Part shown: one piece after another, positions 39,665 through 53,544 of the stretch
How positions within the stretch are numbered: position 1 is the stretch's first letter
Layout of the letters: each line of letters opens with the position of its first letter
From: Eledone cirrhosa
Lineage: Eukaryota
Assembly (NCBI GenBank): GCA_964016885.1
Contig: OZ024742.1
Location: 10,044,001 to 10,108,000 of the forward strand
Direction: 5' to 3'
Length of the DNA stretch: 64,000 bases
The notes under the pieces: generated by a model
The model's input: the letters and a program-made list of their open reading frames with translations, nothing else
The model's database searches: none
What the model was told of the DNA's origin: nothing
Made by a program: the position numbers and the translations under genes

Positions 39665-42600
39665 TGCTATTCCAGTCATGTTTTCTATTTAATTTTGGTT
39701 GGAGTTCATTTATGTTTATTGCCTCTGTGATTTGTCTAAACATTGCATCTTTTCTGTGTGTAAATTCTATTTTTATTTCTATGTTCTCTAATTTGCCCTT
39801 ATGTTCTATTTTAGCATGTTAGTGGAGTATTAATGATTCTTTTTTATCTTGAAGTTCTCGCCATTGTTCATTTAACCGTTCTCCTATACTACCAGCTGTC
39901 TAACCTATGTACACTATATTCTTATCTTTACATTGTCCTTCAGTACATCTTATGCTATATACTACATTTCTAGTTTTACAGTTAATATGGGGGTTAGTTT
40001 ACAGATTATGCATTTCTTATCTATACAGGGATGTCTTTGAAAAGGCTATGTCTTGCTAATAAGTGTTTTTATGGAGGTACCTGGTCTTTCTATTATCTTA
40101 ATATTAAGTTTATGCTTATCTAGGGCCCTTCTAAATTTGTAAGCTAATTCACCTCTAGGGGTTATATTGATGAACATTGCACTCTGGTATTTATTGCTAT
40201 CATACCATGAGTTTATTCTATTAACCTTATTCCTAGTTCTTTCTATTCTATTCCAAAAGGTGCTCCTATACAAGGGGCAGGTCCATTTGTATTATTATTT
40301 ACCATGTTTCCCCATTTGGTTCTGGCTCCTCTATATACTCTAATTTTATCTCTCTGATTGTAACCAGAGAACTGCATACGGTGGATGAAGTGTTGTATGT
40401 GTCTCTCTAGTTCTTTTGGGTTGCACATGCGGGACACGTTTCTTATCACCCGTACCAAATCCGCAATCAGTACGTTTATTTTGGTATGGTCCGAAACAGC
40501 TGAGTTTCGGTGGATCAGATATTTGGAAGTCATGGGTTTGGCATAATGGGAATGGAGGATTTGTTTTTTGTTATTAATGGTTTCTAACCAGAGCTCTGTG
40601 TCTACTACAGGTAATCGATGGTTGGAGTGTTTGCTTGGGTAGTCTATAGTAACTCTAATACTCTGGTGGATGGAGTTAGCTATTTGCTGAATGCTTTCCA
40701 TGGTGTTTTTCTCTAATTCCTGACTGTTCTCTAGTGGGGGTGTTTTTACTACGATGTTTATATCATAAACGTAGCGGGAGTACATTATCAGGGTTAAGAG
40801 GTTGCTGTATTCTAATTGTTCTTTAAGTTTAACACCAATGGCTTCTTTAAGTTTAACACCAATGGCTGCTCCCTCCTCTTGGGCATATGTTTTTCCATTA
40901 AATTTGAATATATGTTCCTTAAGGGTAAATTTTATACTGGCCCCCACCGCATATGCAGTCATTTTCTTTAGTTCATCGTGGTTTTCGTGGGTCCGTATGA
41001 CTCTGGTCCACCCGTTCCATCCTTCTGTGTGGGTTTTCTTGGCCATTGAAGCAATGGTAGGTGGTCTGCCTCTTGCTGGTCTTGTAGGGCACAGGTTGCT
41101 AAGGTCACATGTATCTAGATAATCATTACTATAGGTAAGTTTAAGTAGGAGTCCCAGCTCACTGGTATCAATCCCACAGAATTCAACATTGCTCTCACTG
41201 ATCATTTCTACGCATTTCTCCACAGCAAAATCCACGTCAATGGATGGATATAGGTACACAACATCCATACTTCCTATTATACCGTTTGTTAGGTCCCTAG
41301 ATCGGTTACTTTCGCTGATTCTGCTGAGGAGGTCCTCCGTGCTCTCACATATATCTGGGGACATTTCAATGATGGGGCGTATGATCAGGGAGAGGAAGTA
41401 GGAAAGTCTGTAGTTACTAGCAATTTTACTCCACAGACTGGCCGTGTTGGTGGTCCTGTGAAAGGGTCACTGCTCGTTTTATCGTCTTTTCGAAGCCCAT
41501 ACAACGCTGGCACATCATTGTTACAGGCCTGGAAGTTGTTGGCAGTCCTTTTATTGGGCTGCATTATGTTTGTCCACATCATCATATGGGCATTGAGGAT
41601 TTTCTCCCTATCCTTATGCTCTTGTAGTGTTACTTCTCTTGTGTTAGTGATGTGGGGTTGCATTGCCTGGATGTAGTTTGTCAGACTGTCAACCGACATT
41701 CTGCCAGACTTGTCTGTTGGAAAGCATGCAATCTCTCCATTACGCCAGCGCTGCATGAGCTTACGCAAGCCATTTGCAGATTTTTCTCCCAGTTGCTGGG
41801 CTTCCATTCTATTTTTCTTCTTGCTATACTGTTCTATACTATTTCTAAGCTTAGATCTAGATATACTAAATTGTGCTTCTGTTTGTTCATCGACCTGCGA
41901 CGGCAATTGCGTGCGTTTGTTAAAAGATAAAGTCATGACGTGGACTCGTCGTAGGTCGAAGGACATATCGGAAGGATTATAAAATGTAGAGTTCCAGGCT
42001 GCTGCTTTATGTGTACTATTGCTATTGTTATTGTTAGTTGTGTTGTCTCTATTTCTATTTCCACCAACAGCCTCATGGTTGTTTCTATGTCTCTCATTAT
42101 TACTCCTGTCTCTTTCCTCTGGCTCATTGTTATTATCTTATCTGTTTTGTGTGTCTGTGTGTTCGTTCTGGTTATTTTCTCTGTCAGTATCGATAGTCTC
42201 CCTTCTCCTTTCAATCCCATTACATTCCCTTACTTCTGTGTTACTGCCATTACCTGTTTTCTGTGTCTGTGTGTTTGTTAAGATTGTGGTGGTGGTGAGA
42301 GGCATAGAATGTGTGTGTGTGTTGTTGTTGTTGTTGATATGTGCTGTTGTTGATGTGTTTTGTTGTTGTTGTTGTCTCCGTGTATGTTATTATTGTTGTG
42401 TGTGTTGTTGTTATAGTTGTTTGTGTCTGTGTGTCTGTTGTTGTTGTTTCTGAGTATGTTATTATTGTTGATGTGTGTGTTGTTGTTATTGTTGTTTGTG
42501 TCTGTGTGACTGTTGTTGTTGGGATGTGTGTGTGCGTATGTTGTTACTTTTGTTTTTGTTTTTGAGGCTCCAACGTAATTTTGTAAATTATTTTTCTATT

Positions 42601-42790
42601 TCTGACAAGCATTTTATAATATTTACCTTATTATATGTGGCATATTTAGGTGGTAGCTGTAATATCGATAATTCATCAGAGTCTACTATAGTGTTGCTGT
42701 ATATATTTGTGTTGTTGTTGTTGAATTCATCTGTTAATGAGATGTCGGCCATGTTTATATCATCAATCTTGTCTGGATATTTATCTCTAT
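39665..42790 (-). pseudogene. Penelope-like RT plus GIY-YIG endonuclease ORF, disrupted
   Basis: LQLPPKY, PTDKSGR, LYGLRKD..PPTRPV, GSMDVVYLYPSI, YSRYVYDI (degenerate YVDD), HYAKP, RMQFSGY. Linker CIDKKCIIC. NCKTRNVVYSIRC...VYIG*T, and RQITEAINI...LNRKHDW (manual translation of 39670-40045). Confidence 0.88.
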
Positions 42791-42793
42791 TCT

Positions 42794-42909
42794 CTGAAGA
42801 GGTCACAGATGTGTAACGAAAGAACTTTGACAATATATGAACAACCGTCCGGTTATGGAACCAACCAACCAACCGGAAATTTATAAATTCTTAAATTTAT
42901 GAATTTAAT
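42794..42909 (+). repeat. Inverted partial copy of the Penelope terminal repeat at the element 5' end
   Basis: Starts at CTGAAGA and matches the reverse complement of 39325-39441 with few differences. Confidence 0.88.
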
Positions 42910-43324
42910 TTATAATAAATTGGAGTGAAAGCATCTGGTGCGTGTGTTTTTTATTGGCAACATGACCCTCCCAAAGCATAACAATATATATATATATATA
43001 TATATACAGATATATATATATATATACTGGTATATATATATACACAAACACGAACAGTTCGCCGTGATTGTAACTACACTATGCTTTTCTTGATTTTCAT
43101 GGCTCTCTTTTGAAAGCAGACAAAATAATTGTATTGAATTATATTTTTCTTTTCAGAAACAATCAGTGACATCCATACACCACACCATACACCACATACA
43201 TCCATACACTACACCTTACACCACACCATACACTACACCACTTACAATAAACCATCCAATATATATCACATACTATACAACCAAACATTTGCTTTCGCTT
43301 TATATTACTTTTAAATACTTCCTG

Positions 43325-43505
43325 GTGTTGGACTGCAGAGTCGGTAGAACGTTTGACAAAGGCTTAGCAATATTGGCTCTGTTATTTACGATGTGAGTTT
43401 AATACCACCGAGGTCGATAAAATAAGATACCAGTAAAATACTGGGGTAGATATAATCGATATTTCCTTCCTCCAAAATGATTCACCTTGTGTCAAAGTTA
43501 GAAAG
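43325..43505 (+). mobile_element. Degenerate family A SINE
   Basis: gcagagtcggtagaacg...gtcgataaaataagataccagtaaaatactggggt...ccttgtgtcaaagttagaaa. Confidence 0.6.
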
Positions 43506-43741
43506 AAATGCTTTATATCGGTTGATACATAAATAGATATTTTCAAGACGCATCTGGGCATTCCACGAACAAATATCCCAGAAAACCCACAGCAAGAGGC
43601 GAAACGCAAATAATATCAAAATCAACAAATTCCCTTTTGCATCAATGGTCAACCAGGGAAGTCTGGCTATAATGCATCAATGGCGGTGCCCCAACATGGG
43701 CGCGACCTCCTAGCTTGAACATTAACGTTTAATACCACCTA

Positions 43742-43795
<54 letters not shown>

Positions 43796-43959
43796 AAAGT
43801 ATGACCCCGACGGCAGAGCTCACCCCGTTTCGGCGGCTATTTCTGGACTATTTAATCCAGAAATAGCTTGAGGTATTTGCTAGGTTGTTAGTCCAGCACT
43901 TCTAAAGAAAATCTCACACTGTCTCAAAAAAAGAGGAAGGGGATTACCGCCAAAAAACA

Positions 43960-44034
<75 letters not shown>

Positions 44035-44736
44035 CGCGAAGAAATAACTATGATTCCTAGTAGACAGTTGATGACGGATACTCCTCTCTTTCGTCCGTAA
44101 CTTTTATTTTTCATTATACTTAAGTGCAACCACACAGCTCGCCATTTTGATTCACATAAGCTTCCTTCTTTGCCGTCTTTTTTCTCTCCCCTTGCTGCTA
44201 TCTTCTCTCTCTCCCTTTTCTCTCCTTCTCCCCCTTACTCTCGCTCACTCTCTCTGCTAGTCACCTCTCGGCTAGCCACGCACTATAACTATCTCTTTCT
44301 CGCTTCCTCGTATTTTCCTCTCTGCTAGTCATCATCTCTCTGCGCTAGCTCACTTCCTCCATCGTCCACCACTGTACGCAGTCTCTTTTCTCGCTAACAC
44401 TGCTACGGCCAAGACGTATCTTTTGTCTCTCTCATCAAAATTCGGCCGTTCTTATGTTGGAAAAGGGTTATTGACTTGATATTTTTCCTAATGTTCCTCT
44501 CTTTACGTTGCTTCACCGTTCGTGTATGTTTACATGTTTTTCTCCCCCTCCCTCTTTCTTTTATCCCAATAATTTATTTTAGTTATTGTTTCGCCCTAAG
44601 ATGAGGTATATTGTCTCTAACGCGAAGAAATACCTGATTCCTAGTAGACAACTGATGACGGATACTCCTCTCTTTCGCTCGTAACTTTTATTTTGTATTA
44701 TACTTAATTGCAACCACACAGCTCCCCATTTTGATT
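44035..44736. mobile_element. About 700-bp element with about 117-bp direct terminal repeats, flanked by (TA)n
   Basis: 44035-44152 matches 44621-44736. The interior is CT-rich. Confidence 0.65.
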
Positions 44737-44820
44737 TATATATATATATATATATAGTGGTAGAACACTGGAAGGTAATATACGTAGTGGTAGATCACTC
44801 AGTCCATGGGACGAGTTAGG

Positions 44821-44956
44821 TAGAAGTGGTTACACAATAGTTAGTTCACCATACCGAGAACAATTGTTTCAGCTTAGCGGATCCACAGCTGAAAATCCAC
44901 TAAGGTGAAACAATTGTTCTCGGTATGTTGAACTAATTGTTGTGTAACCACTTCTA
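44821..44956. repeat. 136-bp foldback (62-bp arms, 12-nt loop), MITE-like
   Basis: 44821-44882 versus the reverse complement of 44895-44956, with 5 mismatches by eye. Confidence 0.85.
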
Positions 44957-45145
44957 TATATATATATATATATACATTCATACCTACATACGAATGGCTT
45001 TCGTCTACCTCATATACATGATTCATTATAAACAAAATTGTAGACAACGCCGTTTGAATAGACATCCTCAATATCCATTGTGTGAAATGTTAAATTGAAC
45101 ACTTTTACCACCTTCAAAAGACTATAGACGCAGTTGATTATATAA

Positions 45146-45375
<230 letters not shown>

Positions 45376-45382
45376 CATACAT

Positions 45383-45416
<34 letters not shown>

Positions 45417-45419
45417 ATT

Positions 45420-45453
<34 letters not shown>

Positions 45454-45581
45454 CATATATATATTTATATATATATATATATGTATATATATACGTGTGT
45501 GTGTGTGCATGTGTGCATTTGTATGTATGTATATATATATAGTTTGTATCTATGTATATATATATAGTTTTAATATAGCTG

Positions 45582-45632
45582 AGATTCTACAGGACTAGAA
45601 CTGTTTCAATCTTCAGAAATCATCAGGAATCT
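45582..45632 (-). ncRNA. Type I hammerhead-like motif with weak stem II
   Basis: The minus strand reads agattc CTGATGA tttctgaagatt GAA acag-ttctagtc-ctgt A gaatct. Confidence 0.55.
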
Positions 45633-45814
45633 GGCTTTCCCAAAATAAATGTTGTGGTATATATATCATTTCAGGTGGCAAGAGAGGGTGGGGAGTGGGA
45701 TGGGTGGAGGTCATTGGTTGAAAGAAAATGGAATTCATTAAAAGCTAATTCTTTAAGGCTATAATTTATATTTAGTGTGACAAAGGCAGAAAGAATTCTA
45801 TAAACAGGTTACCT

Positions 45815-45866
<52 letters not shown>

Positions 45867-46188
45867 TACACATACATATATATTACAAATATAAATTTAG
45901 CGAGAATCGCATTTCGGCGGGTAGAAATTAGCGAAACGCAACTTCCGTATTGTGTATATATATATTATATAGCTAGAAATATAATTCTTTTGATTCCTCG
46001 CCATATTCAGAACAAGTTAGATCTGAGAGGCGGCGAATTGGTAGACTCGTTAGAACTTCGGATAGAATATTTTGTAGTATTCTGCTATCTCTCTGTTGAA
46101 ATACCGTCCATGTCAATTTGCGGGTATATTTTATGTCAATATACATGTATATAAGATTTCTTTGTTTTATATATGTACGTGTATACAT

Positions 46189-46378
46189 ATAATTGTTTCT
46201 ACTTTAGGCACAAGGCCAGCAATTACCCAGTGCATTACTGGTACTTTATTTTATCGACCCTGTAAGGATAAAAGGCAAAGTCAACCTCGGCGGGATTTGA
46301 ACTCAGATCGTGAAGGGACGTAATTATGCTGGAAAGCATGGCGTCCGACCCTCCACCGATACTGCCAATCCACCGCCC
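46189..46378 (-). mobile_element. Full-length family A SINE
   Basis: Reverse complement closely similar to 36371-36555. Confidence 0.88.
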
Positions 46379-47299
46379 TGTATACATATGTGTATACATA
46401 TAATATAGATGTATATGTATAGGTGTATACATATAATATACGTGTATACATATAATATAGATGTATATGTATAGGTAAGTCAGTGCATTCATATGTGTAG
46501 GTATGAGAAAGTTCGTAGCTTAATGGTAAAAGAATTTGACTCCTATTTGTAAATCGTGAGGAAGATGTTTCATTTTCTGTTACACCTGTCCACTCAGCTG
46601 GCAAAAATAAGTTATACCTGTAATTCAAATGGTCAGTATTTCGGGCTGAATCTCCTTGAAAACTACGTTAACCCTTTAGCAATCACATTACTCTATATAT
46701 ACTATTGTATTTTCGAAGAATAGGCTTTATCTCACATAATTATCTCACATAATAGTGAATCTATGAGATGTTGATATTGTTTATTTTGAGAAAAGCACCT
46801 TAGCATTGGTATGAGTGACGGATTACATATGGTTTGAATAGAAAGAGGTGAGAGAATTCTGGCCAGATATGGCTGGTTTAAATGCTAAAGAGTTAAAGTG
46901 CTTATGTCTATCGAATACACAATCATTTAGAAGTTAACAGACAGTTTCGTTGTTCGAACGAGAAACACGCATCGACGTAAACGACGGAGGACATATCTAC
47001 ATGGTTACAGATCTCTATATTGAAAATGCTAGACGTATAGCCAACATTGTATGACAATAACTCTAAGTAAAAACTGAATAGAAAGCTTCGTTTCTAATGA
47101 AATTATTGCTATATTAAGCACCACTGCAACCATAAAACTGTACATTTAAATGTTAATCTTCAATACTGTATGGAAATATGGAAATATATAAATGTAATGT
47201 GACTGCAAGTAGATATTAATTATTGCAATGCAATGTTTAGAAAGTTTAGAGATGATACATGTCTGAAGGAGCTGCATTTTGCCGTTTATTTCAATAGTT

Positions 47300-48340
<1,041 letters not shown>

Positions 48341-48433
48341 ACCTTGGGAGGGTCATGCTGCCAATAAAAACACACGCACCCCCTAAATTTCACTTCAATT
48401 TGTTCTGACCTACACTTATTAAGGCTTAATAGT

Positions 48434-48481
48434 GTTGTTACTCCGGTGTTTCGCTTGTTTATCACAGGTTCATCAGACATC
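48434..48481 (-). ncRNA. Degenerate type I hammerhead motif in a PLE-terminal-repeat-like remnant
   Basis: The minus strand reads gatgt CTGATGA acctgt-gataa-acaagc GAAA caccggag TA acaac. Confidence 0.5.
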
Positions 48482-48684
48482 ACCTAACGTGCCAATGGCA
48501 GACACAGTATAAATAAGGGTGACTTGGGGTGGGGGAATAAAGATTTAATTAAGAAGGGGTAATTAAGATAGGGTGGGCAGGGTAGCGGTGGCAGTGGGTT
48601 GGGTAGAAGAAGAACGCGATAAATAAATATTAAAACTCTACTTAGGTATTAACTACTCCTTTCTCTCAGCCGTCAACCACATAC

Positions 48685-48749
<65 letters not shown>

Positions 48750-48999
48750 AGAAGGGGGGGGGGGAGAGATAAGGCTTAGCTTCAGGCATAGCTGCTGTAT
48801 ACAGATATGTATAGAAATTTCGTATTTCTAAAGAAACACGGTATATATAATAGGTGATTCAGTAGATTCGTGCTTTACTGAGGAAGGTATCAACATCAGC
48901 ACTATATGCTAAGGCAGAGTGTTTAAGTTGAAAACAATAGATCCTGAGCCAACCATCTGTGAAACAGTCGTAACTGTAATGTGAAACCTGGCTTTGTTT

Positions 49000-49079
<80 letters not shown>

Positions 49080-49764
49080 CGACTTCCAGCGATAGGGTGT
49101 GTCATTGGGCAAGGTACTTTATTCCACGTTGTTCCTGCTCACTCAGCTAAGAAAAGTAATTATTACATGCAATACAAAAGGGCTAGTATTTTCGTACACT
49201 GTGTCAGGCGCGTGGCTTAGTCGTTAAATATTCCCGGCCCAGGTGATGTGATATGTTTATTTATTGTAGTATCAGCAATCGGAAGAAGAATGTGAACAGT
49301 GTTTCATGGTTCGATTTGACGAATTCTACCCGTCTCGGTAAGTTAATGAGGTCTAGGAATTTGTCAATCGTTCTCCACTTGGTACCTACGTTAAGGGTAC
49401 ACGTGTTAGTGGAATGCTCAGCCACTTGCATATTAATTTCCCGATCAGGTTATTTCGTTGTAGGATACAATATTATTTGGTGTATTGTAAATCTTAAAAC
49501 CTTTGATCAGTTTGTCTCAGAAACAGACGAATACTCACTGTTGACGTATTTTGTTGTAATGTTCTGTTTGATCCTCTCCTGGGTCAACTGCAATTTTCAC
49601 CATCACATGAAAATATGTACATTAGCCTTAGCTCAGCAGTAAATGGATTGAATATTGAATATACAAATATGACATATTTTGTATCAGCATATATTTGCCC
49701 GCAGCCGTATCTATGAGGCTTCTAACGTCTAACGTCTATCTTGTGTCCACAGACTCATCTGGCT

Positions 49765-49970
49765 GGTGATTATCTGTTTCCCTGACGTGAAGCGACTGAG
49801 AGTACAAGACACGCCTCTGGATAGGACGCCAGTACATCGTAGGGTTAATTCACTAGCTATTGCTGGTAATCATTTTCAAGTGTTTTTTTTCTCAATAACA
49901 TAACACAACCGAGGCCGGGAACCGAGATCAATATGTTTGTAAGTCTAACACCCTTACCACTAGGCCACGT
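49765..49970 (-). mobile_element. Degenerate family B SINE
   Basis: Reverse-complement similarity to 28945-29165. Ends with the head sequence cttaccactaggccac. Confidence 0.6.
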
Positions 49971-50197
49971 GACTCTCCTATGAAGTTTAGTGGAATTTTA
50001 ATTGCTGCTTTAACTAAGCCTTATTTATTTATTTATTTTCTTCAGACACTGTGAATCTGTCCAATGATGCCAGGAATCATTTTATGTGTCATCTATTTCA
50101 ATGTCCTCCAAGGTCACTTTAGTCACAACCATCGATCTTGGTAGCTCAGGGTCAGGCTTCTAAAATCAATCATGGTCAGGTATTATGGTATTATGGT

Positions 50198-50750
50198 ATC
50201 ACTACCAACACCATCACCATCATCACCAAAATCACCACCACCATCATCATCATCAATAACCACACTATCAATAACATTAACACCATCATCACCAACATCA
50301 CCACCATCACCACTAACACCATCGCGATCAACAGCATCTACACCAACACCGTCACCGTCATCACCACCACCACAAAGCATATCAACACGAAAGCCATAAT
50401 CCCCATTACCAGCAACACCACCACCATCAACATCAACACTATCACCACCACCACCACCTCCCTGCTCCTTCCAATACCATCATCAAGATCACCAATATCA
50501 CCACCACCACCATCATCATCAATACCCACACTATCAACGACACCAACACAAACATCAACACCACTACCACCACCACCACAATCACTATCATCACCATCAG
50601 CACCAACACCCCCACTGCCACCACCACCAACACCACCACCACCACTACCAACACCACCACCACCACTACTACCACCACCACTACTGCCACCACCACCACC
50701 ACCACCACCACCACCAACACCACAATCACCACCACCACCACTACCACCGA
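50198..50750. repeat. (CCA/CAT)n low-complexity repeat
   Basis: Direct inspection. Confidence 0.88.
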
Positions 50751-50866
50751 CGCTCAAGATGATTAGGAATTTGCCTGCCTGAATCAATTAATAAGACAGG
50801 TTAGAGACATGAACCAATTACTAATGAAGACAAAGATGGCGTCAAGATGTCTCAACCTCCTTTCAC

Positions 50867-50989
50867 ATACCTTCTCGATTGATGTCCAGACCTCTACGTC
50901 TCTGTCCACCTACTGTCCACAGTCCAATACCTTCTCGGTTGATGTCCAGACCTCTACGTCTCTGTCCACCTACTGTCCACAGTCCAATA
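50867..50989. repeat. 60-bp tandem duplication (2 copies)
   Basis: ataccttctcg(a/g)ttgatgtccagacctctacgtctctgtccacctactgtccacagtcca occurs twice. Confidence 0.9.
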
Positions 50990-51183
50990 TTTAATTTCAC
51001 TGAGTTAAATGTAAACCGATGTCAGTTGGACATTTGGCTACAAAGAAAAAGATGTCTAAATCTGTCTCGAACCCGGAGACTCAAAGCCAGAGATTATCCC
51101 AGTTTCAATGGTGTGAAATGACTGAGAGTATTAGGCTCCACCCTTGACAGGACTCCAAGACGTAAGTCCATCGAAGGGTTAAA

Positions 51184-51184
<1 letters not shown>

Positions 51185-51229
<45 letters not shown>

Positions 51230-53445
51230 TTCTTTATTTACCATAAAGGCATAAAAAGAAGGGACAAATACAAAGGGGGAGTTTACATATAATCGAGTAA
51301 AAAGGGTGTAACATGAAAATAATCGAAAATAACCTCAAAAGAGAGGGGACGTGATGGGGGTTGCACACACCCCCGAAAAAGTGTGCAATCCTTTGCCCGG
51401 GGAGCACATGGAGAAGGTGCTCCCCTCTCCTTTACTTCTTTACCTACAGGATGGTATACAGAGAAGGCCCATTTACACGAGCCATTCTCGCCACTATCAC
51501 CCACCTTTCATAAAACTGCCTGTGGCCAAGCACCTCTCTCTCCATTCTTATCCTTCTTCCGAAGTGATATCGGAAGAAGTAGACCAGACTATGGCCAGAG
51601 AGGAAGTTGCCTGACCTCAGACCTTTCAATCGTGTCCACCAAACAACCTCTTTCAACATGGCTATTACGCACAGAAAAACCGCCTTTGCTTCCTTTGTGA
51701 AGAGGGGAGGCGGTTTGATTGTCATCACGGACTCGGCGGTCAATTTAATCGGCGCCACCCGCGAGAGCAGTTGTTCGGCGTAGCCCCACAGATCAGCCAC
51801 GCCCGGACATTGCACCAATGCGTGCGCTACAGTTTCTTCGTGACGCACGCATCTAGGGCAAATCTTTTTTGAGGGATCCCTGCCCGGGCGCCCGTGTCTG
51901 TAGAGCCTCTCTCGAACGGGTAGAGCCCCTCGGTAGCACTGCCAGGCCAGTGACTTCTGGAAGTTGTCCATTGGTCCTGGGCCGAAAGTCCTACCGAACA
52001 GGCTGGCCAGTTCGTCTTCTTCCATGTCCAGCGACTCTCCAAGGGTGTCATCGCCCCTGCTAGCCACCAGCCCTCTATAGAATGATGAGGTGGATTCTCC
52101 ACCGATGGCCCGGCCCGCTTGCCAGAGAGCCCTGAGCGCCTGAGCACACTCAGTGTGCCAGTCTCCCAGTTTTCCGGATCTTTGCTTGACCCAGGACTGT
52201 AGCTCGGTGAGTGAGACGAGTCTCGGAAAGGCTCGTTTCACGAACGGAGCCCACACCGGTTGACCAGTGAGGAATACCTGTAGGTGCCGTAGCCTTAATG
52301 CGTGCCTACGCATCATCAACCACGGCATCCCCAGCCCTCCTTTCGAAGGTTGTTGGCAGCAGATGGATCTTCTCACCATAGGAGGACGCTTCTTCCAAAG
52401 AAATTGGAAGAGCATGCGTTCCATGGTGGTGAGTGTTTCCTTAGGGCAAGGCACGACAGTCAGGCGGTAGTAAGTGACGGACGCTATGTAAATGTTCGCC
52501 ACCTCCGCCCGGCCTTTTAGGGACAGCTTACACTTGGCCCATTTCTGGGTTAGTGCAAACACCTTGTTCGTAACCTCGTTCCAGTTCTTTTCCACCTGGA
52601 GGTCCGGTCCAAACCAGACCCCAAGCAACTTTACCGGGCCCTCCGTCCAGTGTCCGACGACACCGTCAGGAGGCATCGGTTTGCCTCTCCACGTTCCGAG
52701 TTGCAGCCCGATGGATTTTTCCCGGTTCAGTTTCGCTCCTGACAACCCTTCGTACTCCTCCAGTAAGGTACCGATCGCCTCGATCTCCGAGTCGGTTGAT
52801 ACCATTACTGTTACGTCATCGGCGTAGGCCGACACCGCTTTGCTCAATCCTGGTTCCAGGGGGATACCCTGCAACAACTCCAACTTCCTCAGTAAAGGCT
52901 CGAGAGTCAATACGTACAGAAGGGAGGAGAGAGGGCACCCCTGTCGAATGGATCGTGTGATTTCGAACGGCTTCGAAAGGTAGCCGTTCACCTTGATCCT
53001 AGAACAGATGTGGTTGCTATGTAGGGCAGTGATCCAGCCTCTGAAAACAGGACCGAACCCAGCCGCCGCTAGCACCGCATCCAGGTAACCATGGTCGACC
53101 CTATCGAAGGCCTTAGACTGATCCAAGTTGATCAGGGCCCCACCGAAGCCGGGTTTGTTGCCAACCCTCTCTATGATGTATCGCATGAGGTGGAGGTTAT
53201 CGTGAATGGACCTGGATGGGATAGCACATGTCTGCGCATCTCCCACCAGGCTACCCACGACAAGCGCCAACCTCTTTGCTAACACCTTGGCCAAAATCTT
53301 TAACTCTGTGTTTAGCAGGGTTATGGGCCGAAAATTATTTATACTATCCCCCTTGTTCTCGTCCTTCCTCACCAGCGTGACTACGCCCTTGGCTACAGAA
53401 CAAGGAATTCTCCCGTTCTGCTGCCAATTGCAGTAGACCGCTTCA
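51185..53445 (-). mobile_element. Tx1 LINE, 5'-truncated (copy T4); RT and C-terminal zinc finger are uninterrupted
   Basis: Open frame 51444-53445: NFRPITLLN, LDQSKAFDRVDH, IRQGCPLS, YADD, CPRC..ETVAHALVQC. (GATA)n on both sides. Confidence 0.95.
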
Positions 53446-53446
53446 T

Positions 53447-53499
<53 letters not shown>

Positions 53500-53504
53500 G
53501 AGAG

Positions 53505-53544
<40 letters not shown>

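Larger units (their letters stand above)
39325..42909 (-). mobile_element. Penelope-like retroelement (Naiad/Neptune-type architecture), decayed, with inverted terminal repeats
   Basis: RT and GIY-YIG remnants on the minus strand. 39325-39441 is the reverse complement of 42794-42909. Confidence 0.9.

Noticed and set aside
39665-40060. Selenocysteine recoding in the Penelope-like ORF (reported for some Naiad elements)
   Set aside because: The in-frame stops I could read in this region are TAG/TAA, not TGA, consistent with ordinary decay.
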